Source: a virus. From it: a stretch of DNA of 64,000 nt. A model generated the notes under the pieces. That model had not been told where the DNA came from. It was given only the letters and a program-made list of their open reading frames with translations, and ran no database searches. The number at the start of each line of letters is the position of its first letter. Position 1 is the stretch's first letter. This document shows positions 37,453-47,135 of the stretch, in pieces. Location: the IMG/VR virus record IMGVR_UViG_3300032325_000466, positions 96,001-160,000 of that record; one strand, 5' to 3'. Position numbers and translations under genes: made by a program.

Positions 37453-37938
37453 ATGCCAAAAAAAGTTGCTGCAACTGCAAAAAAGCAAACTAATAAAAAA
37501 GTATGCACTTATGTAGTTGCAGTAACTATTGGATTCAGTCTACTTGGTACAATAAATTACACAAAAGCTGAAATTGTTAACTCAGATGCTTGGATTGGGC
37601 AAGATAAAGTTAAACATTTTACAGTATCAATGGGGTTAGGAATACTAGGGGCTAGTTTTTTTAGTGATGCTCAGACCCCTGCAAATCAATTTTTTTATGG
37701 TACATTGTTGGGTTCTATACCCGGGCTCATAAAAGAAATAAGAGATATACATCATCCTGGTTCTACTGCATCGTACAAAGACATGACTTTTAATGTTTTG
37801 AGCGCAGCAACAGGTGCTGCAATTGCGACACTAATGAATTCTTTTACAGATACGCCCCAAACAAAATGGACAATTATTCCAACCAGCACTAAAAATCAAA
37901 TGAATGGTGTTGTTTTTCAATATCGAGTAGAGTTTTAA
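37453..37938 (+). CDS. YfiM/DUF2279-like membrane protein
   Basis: DAW.GQDKVKHF..S, G..KE..D, S.KD...N..A. Confidence 0.55.
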   Translation: MPKKVAATAKKQTNKKVCTYVVAVTIGFSLLGTINYTKAEIVNSDAWIGQDKVKHFTVSMGLGILGASFFSDAQTPANQFFYGTLLGSIPGLIKEIRDIHHPGSTASYKDMTFNVLSAATGAAIATLMNSFTDTPQTKWTIIPTSTKNQMNGVVFQYRVEF

Positions 37939-37989
37939 TCGGTTAAGTTTATAATACGCACAATGGGTTAATGCCAGCTAAATACTCTT

Positions 37990-39543
37990 ATGAGTAAAAC
38001 TGGAACAGCCTCACTAGTTAAAAACCCATATGTAAAGACCCACTTCGCCAATCAAACGCAGTTAGATGATTTTATGAAGTGCTGCGATCCAGTTACTGGA
38101 TATCTTTACTTTATGAGTAATTTCTTCTACATACAGCACCCAACTAAGGGTAGTATGGCGTACCAGCCATGGGGCTATCAAAAGCGACTAATCGATACTT
38201 ATCATAATTATCGTTACTCAATATCACTTATGCCTCGACAAAGTGGTAAATCTACTTCGGCTGCTGGGTATTTGCTATGGTACGCTATGTTCGTACCTGA
38301 CTCTACTATATTAGTTGCTGCACACAAATATACTGGCGCACAAGAAATTATGCAGCGTATTAGATATGCATATGAGAATTGTCCAGATTATATCAAAGCA
38401 GGTGTAACAACATATAACAAAGGGTCATTGGATTTCGAAAATGGTAGTCGCATTGTTTCAGCAACTACTACTGAAAATACAGGTCGTGGTATGTCTATCA
38501 CACTGTTATACTTAGACGAGTTTGCGTTCGTTAGACCAAGTATTGCTAAAGAATTTTGGACTGCTATAACTCCAACTCTATCCACTGGCGGTAAGGCGAT
38601 TATCACTTCAACTCCAAACTCAGATGAGGATCAATTTGCTTTTATTTGGAAAGGCGCTAACAAAACAGAAGATGAGTTTGGTAATACTACCCCAGTTGGA
38701 ATAAATGGATTTAAAGCATATCGAGCGCATTGGAGCGAACAGCCAGGCAGAGATGAAAAATGGGCTGAGGGAATGAAAGCCCAACTTGGAGAAGATCGTT
38801 TCAATCGAGAAATAGGATGCGAGTTCATTATTGCTGATGAAACACTGATTAATCCAAATACTCTTATTCAACTTGAGGGAATTGAACCCGTTACCCGTAT
38901 AGGACAAATTCGTTGGTATAAAAAACCTGAAAAGGGCAATATCTATTGTGTTGGACTAGATCCCAGCATTGGTACAGGCGGCGATCCTGCTGCTATACAA
39001 ATATATGAAGCAAATACTACTACTCAAATTGGTGAGTGGAAGCATAATAAAACTGATATTCCTAATCAAATTAAACTACTATCACAAATAAACAAGTATA
39101 TTGTAGAATGCACCGATGAACCCGATAATCTTTACTATTCAATAGAGAATAATTCTATAGGCGAAGCCGCACTAGTATCACTCAATGAATATGGGGAACA
39201 CAATATACCAGGTGCTTTTTTAAGCGAGCCAGGTAAAAAGCGTAAAGGTTTCACTACAACTAATAAGTCTAAAATACAAGCTTGTGCCAAGTTCAAAACA
39301 CTAGTAGAAAATAAAAAACTAAAAGTAAATAGTCGCAGTCTTATATCTGAATTAAAAGCATTTGTAGCAAGTGGTGGTAGTTATGCGGCCAAAATAGGTG
39401 ATACCGATGATTTAATTATGGCTACACTATTGGTTGTTAGAATGTTTCAACAACTAAGTGATTATCATTACAATTTAGAAGAACAAATTAAAGACCACAG
39501 TGAATTTTTAGCTCCGCTACCCTTTTATGCAATATTAGGATAA
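37990..39543 (+). CDS. terL: Terminase large subunit (T4 gp17-like)
   Basis: PRQSGKST Walker A, LLYLDEFAF Walker B, ITSTPN, FNREIGCEF, nuclease VGLDPSIGTGGD and DDLIMA. Confidence 0.95.
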   Translation: MSKTGTASLVKNPYVKTHFANQTQLDDFMKCCDPVTGYLYFMSNFFYIQHPTKGSMAYQPWGYQKRLIDTYHNYRYSISLMPRQSGKSTSAAGYLLWYAMFVPDSTILVAAHKYTGAQEIMQRIRYAYENCPDYIKAGVTTYNKGSLDFENGSRIVSATTTENTGRGMSITLLYLDEFAFVRPSIAKEFWTAITPTLSTGGKAIITSTPNSDEDQFAFIWKGANKTEDEFGNTTPVGINGFKAYRAHWSEQPGRDEKWAEGMKAQLGEDRFNREIGCEFIIADETLINPNTLIQLEGIEPVTRIGQIRWYKKPEKGNIYCVGLDPSIGTGGDPAAIQIYEANTTTQIGEWKHNKTDIPNQIKLLSQINKYIVECTDEPDNLYYSIENNSIGEAALVSLNEYGEHNIPGAFLSEPGKKRKGFTTTNKSKIQACAKFKTLVENKKLKVNSRSLISELKAFVASGGSYAAKIGDTDDLIMATLLVVRMFQQLSDYHYNLEEQIKDHSEFLAPLPFYAILG

Positions 39544-39582
39544 TTCATACTTTAGATAAATATTTAATAACTTGAGTAAATT

Positions 39583-42500
39583 ATGCCAAAGAATAACTCT
39601 TCAATCAACAATTCGCTATTTGACCTACTAAAAGGCAGGGGATATTCTCCCACAATGCTTAGTACCGCGGGTAAAGAAATACCTACCCCTGATGAAGCTG
39701 AAGTATTTCAGTTTAATTTTGTAAAAGATGGGGAAGATTATGGTAAAGTAACCCTAACAATAGATGATTCCAGTAACCTGATAGTGTATTATAGCGACGA
39801 TGTTGCTGACAGTGAAAAAGGTAATGGATCAACTTATGATTGGGATGATTTTATTGACAAAGTAAAAGACTTTAAGAAATCCAAAAAAACATCCAAATTG
39901 AAAGAAGAAGATGATGATGATGAGGACTTTAAAAGTGAAGGTGGTGATTTATCTTGGTATGGTTTATTAAATCAATTAAAGCGTTTCGCACAAAGATATC
40001 AACTAAGCTTTGAACTTAGAAACACAGACAATCTAAAGTCTGATATGGCCAAAAGAGATTATATGAAGAAACAAGACCAAATTTCAGAAAGCAAAAACCA
40101 TAGTATGGCGGAAGGTTACTCACTAAAGAAAACTAATGTTGAAAAAACATTTGATCCAGGTGATCCTGATGAATACACACAAGATGTCAATACAACATAT
40201 ACTGATTACGAAATTATCAACAATAAGACAGGTCAAGTAGTTGGAACTGCTAGTTGGACTACTAATGATTTTATGGGCCCAGGAGCACTAAAGATTACTA
40301 TGAAGAATGGTGCTACTAGATGGTTAGATATTTGGGAACGAGAAAAGGGTAATCCACAAACAGCATTCAATCGTTTTGTTAAAGATCCCAAAACTGCTAA
40401 GAAGTATAAAGAACAAGATAATAAAGGTGTAACAGAAATGGACAATCGTACCCCAAGTGGTGATCGCAGAGAACAGCGTGCCAATAGCCCAGAAGAAAAA
40501 GCAAAGCGTGAAAAAGAACAACAAGCAAATCTAAAAAAAGTAAGTCCAAAAATGCGCGAAAAATTACGCTTACCTGAACCTAAAGAAGATATGGCAGAAG
40601 GCACTGAAAGTATTCTTGCTCGTGGCACAGAGGTAACTGTTCCACACAGAGGCAAAATGGTGCCAGGCAAAATTCTTAGATATGTTGCTGGTAAAGGTGG
40701 CTATTCAGATGCTTATGTAGTTGATATTGGTGAGTATGAGTCCCTGACTGTACCAACATTTAATGTTAAAACTCAAGTTATGGCGGAAGCCAGCGGTGAT
40801 CAAGTTAAAAAAGTGTTTAAGAAAAATGGTAAGCCAGTAGGTGAAGTTGGTATTGATCCAGAAGCAAGTCCGGGCGTTGGTCAATGGTATATGAAGTGCT
40901 ATCAATACAAAATAGATAATAGTGGCTATGACTCATACGAAGAAGCTGTAGAAGAATTAAAGTATTGTATGAAGCAAGGTATGGTGGAAGCACGAAATCC
41001 AGAAGACTTCATCAAGGATATTAAAAATATTCCCTTACGCCAACGCCAACGAATTGGCAAGTCATTAATCAAACATGCTGAGGAAGCAGGATTAAGGCCT
41101 GAAACAATAAAAGTGGGTTATAGTGAAACAACTGGGGTTTATCAGGTCACCGGTCTAGCCATGAAACACGGTGCGAAATACGACTGGAGATACAAGTCTG
41201 ACCCGGCTACTAATAAAATGGTCTCTCTTGATGCCATGCAATCTGATACTGAGTATGCCCCTGATAAATTTATGCCAATCGTATTTGATAAGTTAGATGA
41301 GCAAGATATGGTGAAAGGCACTGAGGACTCAACTCAAGTATTAAGCGATATTGTTGCTAATGACGATTTTGATGCATTGTATGACTTAATGTCGTCTAAT
41401 ACTGAAGCAGGTAAAATTGTTCAACGAATGTATAACGATGTTGCTGGTGAAGAAGGCTTACATCCAGATGATGATTTTGAACAGATTCTAAACCGTGTGT
41501 TTGATCACCTGTCACAAGATTATGGTCAGCAAGGTATGGAGGAAGGCTTAGGCAAAGATATCAAGCGTTTGGCTACAGGCAAAGATGTTAAAAGTCGTGC
41601 TGGACAAGAAATAGCCAAGTCACAAGATGCCAGTATGAAGGGCGATACTAAAACTTCTAAAAAGCATTTTGACCGCTATGATAAACTAGATAAGTTAGCA
41701 AACAAAGGTATGGCGGAAGGCTGGAATAAGGGACGCCGCGCCGCAGATGTGGATCGGGATGACAATAAAGACCCAGACGATTCATTAGATCAACTCATTG
41801 ATCTGCAAGGACAAAGGGATTGGTTTGCTAAAATGAGTAAGCCTAAGAATATGAGAAACGGCCGCCAGAAGCCAGCTAAGGATGCTATAAAAAGGTTACC
41901 AGTGGCGGAAGGAGCTATAAAGAAATTATCAAAGGGCGCAAAGGTGTATCACACACTTCATGGTACTGGTACTGTTATTGACTTCTCAACTGGTCCTGCT
42001 GCATCTCATTGGGTAGATGTGAAATTTATCAAAGACGGAAACAAAGGCAAGCCTACTAGGGTTGATCGTAAGCAACTTAAGTTAGCAAAAGTTGAAAGTA
42101 TGGCCGAAGGCTATTATGGTGATGATCGTGGTGATTATAGAAAAACTGCTAGGGAAGCAAATGCTGCATCTAGGTTGGCAAAATCATCAAAAACTCATGC
42201 TGAGGCCGCCCGCCTACATAATTTAGCAGCAACATATGCGCTATCAGCAGGCCAAGATCAGTCAGTAATACGCGACCATCAGATGGCAGCACATGAACAT
42301 AATCAGGCTGCAAAAAAATATAAGAAAGGTATGGCGGAAGGCTACACTGTAACTCGTGGAATTGATACAGAAAGATATCAAGAACGCCCGGGATTGGAAG
42401 GTCCCTTTGCTACCAAAAGCGGTAAAGTTGTATACTATGACAAGCGTGAAGGAAAATACTACGATCCCGATACTGATATGTATATTGAATATGATGATTG

Positions 42501-43662
42501 GCAAGCTATGAATGAGCAAGATATGGCAGAAAGTAATCAACAAGTCAATGAAAGTTACTACCCAATGGGCAAACAAGGTAGCTATAGTGATGCTGTACCA
42601 ACAACTAAAATCATTATTCAGCATAGCCGCAGAATAGAAGAAGGTGAGCAGCGTTATCGTAATATCGCTAAAATCTTTGTAGAAAACAGTGAAGGTGAGC
42701 GTTTTGCGGTACCAACTAATAAGCCAGGACTAGCCCGCGTATATGCCCGTCATATAGCAGAGGGTGGCACACCTTATGATGAGCGTGGCCGTCATATTAC
42801 TTCATTAGTAGAAGAATATTCTAAAATGTCTGGCTTTATGCGTGCCACAAGAGGCAAGCAGTTTAATGAGTCAGCACAGCAATTAGTAACCGAAGCTGTA
42901 AATTATTATCAAAGTTTGCGTGAAAGTTTAAGCAAGATGACAGGTCATCGTGGCTATTCAGCATACTTTGAAAGTTGGACACCTTCACTAATGGAAGATG
43001 GAGAAGAACAAGAAACCAATCTTAACGAACTATTCGTACAAGAAACCCTCGACCCCAGAATTGAAAGTGTAATGCCAATCTTAGGTAAGCTACAAAGAAA
43101 ATTGGGCACCATAAAAGAAGTTGATGCACTAGCAGAATGGGCTGATAATATTATTGAAGGTGATGGCGGACAAGAGGCTCTTACCCCACAAGGTATTCCT
43201 GAAGCTGCTGGTCCAGAAACTTTAGCTCATAATATAAGAACCGATCGTAGTAATCTAAAAGCATTTGACTTAGAAGAAACTACTGGTGTAACTGACTATA
43301 ACCCAAAATCTCAGGGTGGTACTAGAGCAGAACTTCTTCGCAAATATGCTAACACTAAAAAGCCAAAAGATGCCGAAGCTGCAAGGCGTGCAGGTGCTAG
43401 CCAGTCAGAATTAAAAGCTGCGGCCGATTCTACTGAAGAAATACATGAAGGTGAGCATGGTCTAGATGAAAACCTAGATGCTAACCAAATTAGTGCAGGA
43501 CAATTGGGCCCTACAGAAAAAGCCAAGTCTATTAGTCCAGTATTAGGTGCTCAACCCAAACAGCATCCTTTTAAAGGCAAGTTAGTTGGTGCTGAAGAAA
43601 GCGTCAATGAAAGTGAAAATGAATTGGCTAGAATTTTACAAATGGTCAAGCATAAACGATAA
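39583..43662 (+). CDS. 1359-aa modular protein, candidate protease-processed head polyprotein
   Basis: Late-type GATAAATA upstream; about 12 (G/D/S/V)-M-A-E-G-like linkers separate unrelated 50-110 aa modules. Confidence 0.65.
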   Translation: MPKNNSSINNSLFDLLKGRGYSPTMLSTAGKEIPTPDEAEVFQFNFVKDGEDYGKVTLTIDDSSNLIVYYSDDVADSEKGNGSTYDWDDFIDKVKDFKKSKKTSKLKEEDDDDEDFKSEGGDLSWYGLLNQLKRFAQRYQLSFELRNTDNLKSDMAKRDYMKKQDQISESKNHSMAEGYSLKKTNVEKTFDPGDPDEYTQDVNTTYTDYEIINNKTGQVVGTASWTTNDFMGPGALKITMKNGATRWLDIWEREKGNPQTAFNRFVKDPKTAKKYKEQDNKGVTEMDNRTPSGDRREQRANSPEEKAKREKEQQANLKKVSPKMREKLRLPEPKEDMAEGTESILARGTEVTVPHRGKMVPGKILRYVAGKGGYSDAYVVDIGEYESLTVPTFNVKTQVMAEASGDQVKKVFKKNGKPVGEVGIDPEASPGVGQWYMKCYQYKIDNSGYDSYEEAVEELKYCMKQGMVEARNPEDFIKDIKNIPLRQRQRIGKSLIKHAEEAGLRPETIKVGYSETTGVYQVTGLAMKHGAKYDWRYKSDPATNKMVSLDAMQSDTEYAPDKFMPIVFDKLDEQDMVKGTEDSTQVLSDIVANDDFDALYDLMSSNTEAGKIVQRMYNDVAGEEGLHPDDDFEQILNRVFDHLSQDYGQQGMEEGLGKDIKRLATGKDVKSRAGQEIAKSQDASMKGDTKTSKKHFDRYDKLDKLANKGMAEGWNKGRRAADVDRDDNKDPDDSLDQLIDLQGQRDWFAKMSKPKNMRNGRQKPAKDAIKRLPVAEGAIKKLSKGAKVYHTLHGTGTVIDFSTGPAASHWVDVKFIKDGNKGKPTRVDRKQLKLAKVESMAEGYYGDDRGDYRKTAREANAASRLAKSSKTHAEAARLHNLAATYALSAGQDQSVIRDHQMAAHEHNQAAKKYKKGMAEGYTVTRGIDTERYQERPGLEGPFATKSGKVVYYDKREGKYYDPDTDMYIEYDDWQAMNEQDMAESNQQVNESYYPMGKQGSYSDAVPTTKIIIQHSRRIEEGEQRYRNIAKIFVENSEGERFAVPTNKPGLARVYARHIAEGGTPYDERGRHITSLVEEYSKMSGFMRATRGKQFNESAQQLVTEAVNYYQSLRESLSKMTGHRGYSAYFESWTPSLMEDGEEQETNLNELFVQETLDPRIESVMPILGKLQRKLGTIKEVDALAEWADNIIEGDGGQEALTPQGIPEAAGPETLAHNIRTDRSNLKAFDLEETTGVTDYNPKSQGGTRAELLRKYANTKKPKDAEAARRAGASQSELKAAADSTEEIHEGEHGLDENLDANQISAGQLGPTEKAKSISPVLGAQPKQHPFKGKLVGAEESVNESENELARILQMVKHKR
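40105..42533 (+). repeat. Dispersed in-frame linker repeats, consensus ATGGCGGAAGGC
   Basis: Copies at 40105, 40591, 40780, 40981, 41308, 41536, 41710, 41902, 42100, 42331 and 42522, plus a GVTE variant near 40426. Confidence 0.85.
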
Positions 43663-43679
43663 GGGTAAATTACTTATCA

Positions 43680-43706
43680 AAAACCTCACTCAAAAGGTGA
43701 GGTTTT
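43680..43706 (+). terminator. Intrinsic terminator
   Basis: AAAACCTCAC-tcaaaag-GTGAGGTTTT. Confidence 0.7.
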
Positions 43707-43794
43707 CCATATATGGCATAAATGGACTAAATAAAGGTGTAGTTCACGGGACGGCAATCCCCAACTACTCTAACGCTTACAAGGAGCATCAGCA

Positions 43795-44367
43795 ATGTTA
43801 TTTAGTAAAAAGCATCTACCCGCGGGATTTTATGTGTATTTTTGGATACGAGTAAAAGATTCCCCCATTGCTAAGGCAGGCACTCCTTACTATGTAGGAA
43901 AAGGTAAAAATATTAGGGCTTGGCGAAAGGATAAGCATGGAAAAGATAAATTGGTCATTATTGCAGAATCAAACCTTACTGAATTGGGGGCTCTTTCATT
44001 AGAAAGGCGTTATATCGAATGGTATGGTAGAAAAGATTTAGGTACTGGGATACTTAATAATAAGACTGATGGGGGAGAAGGTGCTACTAATTTTAAAAAA
44101 TCGTATATAAGAAAAAAGAGGTCCATTGCCACAACTACATTAATGAGTCTTACCAAACTTGGCAAAAAATACCCTAAAATAAGTGAGGCGCTTAAAGGTA
44201 AATCTAGGGGAATCAGGACTACTGAATGGAAAAATAATATTGGACTCGCTAAAAAAGGTAAAAAGATATCTCCCCAGGAAGTAGTACAATGCCCACATTG
44301 TAGTAAGGTAGGAGGCAAATCTTTACTAACTCGGTATCATTTTCAAAATTGCAAATTTATTAAATAG
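43795..44367 (+). mobile_element. Free-standing homing endonuclease (GIY-YIG-like N-terminus, NUMOD-like basic repeats, C-terminal CPHC)
   Basis: FYVY.WIR....PYYVGKG...R.W; [20 protein letters not shown]; ISEALKGK; CPHC.K.G. Flanked by an 11-bp direct repeat. Confidence 0.75.
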
Positions 44368-44410
44368 GGCATAATAAAATTCATTTCCCCCACAAATGGC
44401 ATAAATACTA

Positions 44411-44439
44411 TTGACATACAGCCGAGAGTAAAGTATACT
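44411..44439 (+). promoter_or_regulatory. Sigma70 promoter for gp32, with an overlapping late ATAAATA at 44401
   Basis: TTGACA-N17-TATACT. Confidence 0.7.
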
Positions 44440-44528
44440 CATAACATGTGTGTTAGATGACTCATAGGGAGTTGTCGAATATATACATTTTAGATATTAA
44501 ACAGAGACCATCTCAAGGAGCAATTAAA

Positions 44529-45515
44529 ATGACATCACTAGCAGACATCCGCGCCCGTATTTCAGCGCAAGAAAACAAAACACAAAAGGGTACAGCTACC
44601 CAATCAGATAACTCAATCTTCCCACATTGGAACGCAGACGAAGGTACTACTTCAACTGTTCGATTTCTTCCAGACGCAAATAGTAGCAATACTTTCTTTT
44701 GGATCGAACGCGCACTAATCAAACTACCATTCAATGGCGTAAAAGGTAATCCAGAAGCCAAGCGTGTAGAAGTACAAGTTCCTTGTATGGAAATGTGGGG
44801 AGATGCTTGCCCTATTCTAGCAGAAGTTCGCCCATGGTATAAAGATGAATCACTAAAAGAAATGGCAAACAAGTATTGGAAAAAGCGTTCATATCTGTTT
44901 CAAGGCTTTGTTCGTCAGAATCCAATTGGTGATGACAAAGTTCCTGCTAATCCAATTCGCAGATTTATTATTTCCCCACAAATCTTTACTATTATCAAGT
45001 CAAGTTTGATGGATCCTGAAATGGAAGAACTACCAACTGACTATATGCGTGGTCTTGACTTTAACATCAAAAAGAGTAAAAAAGGTGACTATGCAGATTA
45101 TTCAACTAGCACTTGGGCTCGTAAAGAATCAGCACTAACTCAAGTTGAGCAAGCTGCCATTGAAGCACATGGTCTATTCAATCTAGCCGACTTTCTACCC
45201 AAGAAGCCAGGTGAAGCAGAAATGCGCGTCATCAAAGAAATGTTTGAAGCATCCGTTGATGGACAAGCTTATGATGTAGGGCGTTGGGGATCATACTACA
45301 GACCATTTGGTATTGAAGCTCCAGCAGGATCTCAACCAGCTACCCAAGCTGCTGAAACTCCTCGACCAGCAAGTGTCGCTTTATCAGTGCCAGAAGCTAT
45401 GGATGATGAGCCAGCTGAAGCTACACAACCTATCACAGTTCCAAAAACAACATCAAGTGACAAGGCTACCGACATTCTTGCAATGATTCGCGCCCGTCAG
45501 ACAAAGACTGCTTAA
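44529..45515 (+). CDS. Single-stranded DNA-binding protein (T4 gp32-like)
   Basis: TVRFLP, CPI, YWKKRSY, DFNIKK...GDYADYSTS.W, acidic tail. Start set at ATG 44529 after the AAGGAG RBS. Confidence 0.88.
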   Translation: MTSLADIRARISAQENKTQKGTATQSDNSIFPHWNADEGTTSTVRFLPDANSSNTFFWIERALIKLPFNGVKGNPEAKRVEVQVPCMEMWGDACPILAEVRPWYKDESLKEMANKYWKKRSYLFQGFVRQNPIGDDKVPANPIRRFIISPQIFTIIKSSLMDPEMEELPTDYMRGLDFNIKKSKKGDYADYSTSTWARKESALTQVEQAAIEAHGLFNLADFLPKKPGEAEMRVIKEMFEASVDGQAYDVGRWGSYYRPFGIEAPAGSQPATQAAETPRPASVALSVPEAMDDEPAEATQPITVPKTTSSDKATDILAMIRARQTKTA

Positions 45516-45562
45516 AGGCACGGGGGAGTGTAGCAATACACTCCCTACCTTAGGAGAATACC

Positions 45563-45787
45563 ATGACCATTCCACATGAAAGATATCGTGCCATTAAGCA
45601 AAGTAGAAAGTTTTTAGAAGAACTATGCGACCCCGGTAGAACTCCCAGAGTACCGGGAGCAGTTAGGGACAAAGCCCGAACACTACTTAGGCACTATCCG
45701 GGAGATTGGGAACTAGACCAAATCACAGAAAAAGCACCCGACTTACTTGATAATAAATCTGTTTCTGATAAAATATACAATACATAA
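45563..45787 (+). CDS. Conserved phage hypothetical protein
   Basis: MTIPHERYRAI..S.KFL..L......PRVP..VR..AR.LLRHYP; AGGAG RBS. Confidence 0.7.
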   Translation: MTIPHERYRAIKQSRKFLEELCDPGRTPRVPGAVRDKARTLLRHYPGDWELDQITEKAPDLLDNKSVSDKIYNT

Positions 45788-45799
45788 ACAGGAAAAATA

Positions 45800-46864
45800 A
45801 TGACGAAGCCATTTGATGTTTCAAAATTCAGGAAGGAAATTACTAAGTCCATTGAAGGACTTAGTATCGGATTTAACGACCCGACAGACTGGGTCAGTAC
45901 AGGAAATTATGCTCTCAACTATCTCATTAGCAACGATTTTAATAAAGGCGTTCCTCTTGGTAAAGTTACTGTCTTTGCCGGAGAATCAGGATCAGGAAAA
46001 TCATTCATCTGCTCGGGAAACTTAGTCAGACATGCACAACAACAGGGTATTTTTGTTGTTTTGGTTGACTCAGAAAATGCACTAGATGAGAGTTGGTTAC
46101 ATGCACTAGGTGTATCTACAGACGAAGATAAATTGTTAAAGTTAAATATGGCCATGATTGATGATGTGGCTAAAACGATTAGTAAATTTATGGCTGATTA
46201 TAAAACTCTGCCCGCAGATGATAAACCAAAAGTACTGTTCGTAATTGATTCACTTGGTATGTTGCTAACACCAACTGATGTAAATCAATTTGATGCAGGT
46301 GATATGAAGGGTGACATGGGTCGTAAGCCCAAAGCACTTACCGCGCTAGTTCGCAACTGTGTAAATATGTTTGGTAATCATAATGTAGGACTTGTAGCTA
46401 CTAATCATACATATGCAAGTCAGGATATGTTTGACCCAGATGATAAAATTTCAGGTGGTCAAGGATTCGTGTATGCTAGTTCTATTGTAGTTGCTATGAA
46501 AAAACTCAAGCTTAAAGAAGATGAAGATGGCAACAAGATTAGTGAAGTTCGTGGTATTCGCAGTGCATGTAAGATTATGAAAACACGCTATGCTAAACCA
46601 TTTGAAAGTGTTCAAGTTAAAATCCCATATGAAACAGGTATGAGCCCCTACAGTGGATTGCTAGACTTGTTTGAAAAATCAGGCGTTCTAGCTAAAGAAG
46701 GTAATCGTTTGGCTTATACTACCGTAGATGGTGAAATCATTAAATTCTTCCGCAAAGGTTGGGAAGCTAATGAAAACGGTTGCTTAGATAAAGTAATGGC
46801 TGAATTTCAACAAAAAGGAAAAGCTAGTATAAGTACTCAAGAAGTTCAAGAAACCACTGAATAA
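45800..46864 (+). CDS. uvsX: RecA-like recombinase (UvsX)
   Basis: GESGSGKS, VDSENALD, VIDSLG, NHTY, SGG.G..YASS. Confidence 0.93.
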   Translation: MTKPFDVSKFRKEITKSIEGLSIGFNDPTDWVSTGNYALNYLISNDFNKGVPLGKVTVFAGESGSGKSFICSGNLVRHAQQQGIFVVLVDSENALDESWLHALGVSTDEDKLLKLNMAMIDDVAKTISKFMADYKTLPADDKPKVLFVIDSLGMLLTPTDVNQFDAGDMKGDMGRKPKALTALVRNCVNMFGNHNVGLVATNHTYASQDMFDPDDKISGGQGFVYASSIVVAMKKLKLKEDEDGNKISEVRGIRSACKIMKTRYAKPFESVQVKIPYETGMSPYSGLLDLFEKSGVLAKEGNRLAYTTVDGEIIKFFRKGWEANENGCLDKVMAEFQQKGKASISTQEVQETTE

Positions 46865-46874
46865 AGGAGTTATT

Positions 46875-47132
46875 ATGGATTTGCAGTTAGTAGAAGAAAT
46901 ATGGTACGCATTAAAAAGTCACATTCACAGTACCTATGATATCGAAGCCGCAGCAGATACACTTGTCAATTTACTAATTGATAACAACTGTGAAGCAGAA
47001 GATATTAAAGACACCTTTAAGGGTGAGCGTGTGATTATGTCTGCACTAAAAGCATACATAGACCAACATGATTCCGAAGATGATGAAGATGATGACGAAG
47101 AGTGGGATAAAGATGAAGATGATGAGTGGTAA
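46875..47132 (+). CDS. Hypothetical protein with acidic tail
   Basis: 85 aa, AGGAG RBS. Confidence 0.7.
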   Translation: MDLQLVEEIWYALKSHIHSTYDIEAAADTLVNLLIDNNCEAEDIKDTFKGERVIMSALKAYIDQHDSEDDEDDDEEWDKDEDDEW

Positions 47133-47135
47133 CCA

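Noticed and set aside
45524-45545. Hairpin GGGAGTGTA-GCAA-TACACTCCC as a terminator
   Set aside because: No U-tract follows. It may be a stabilising or processing hairpin, so it was not called.
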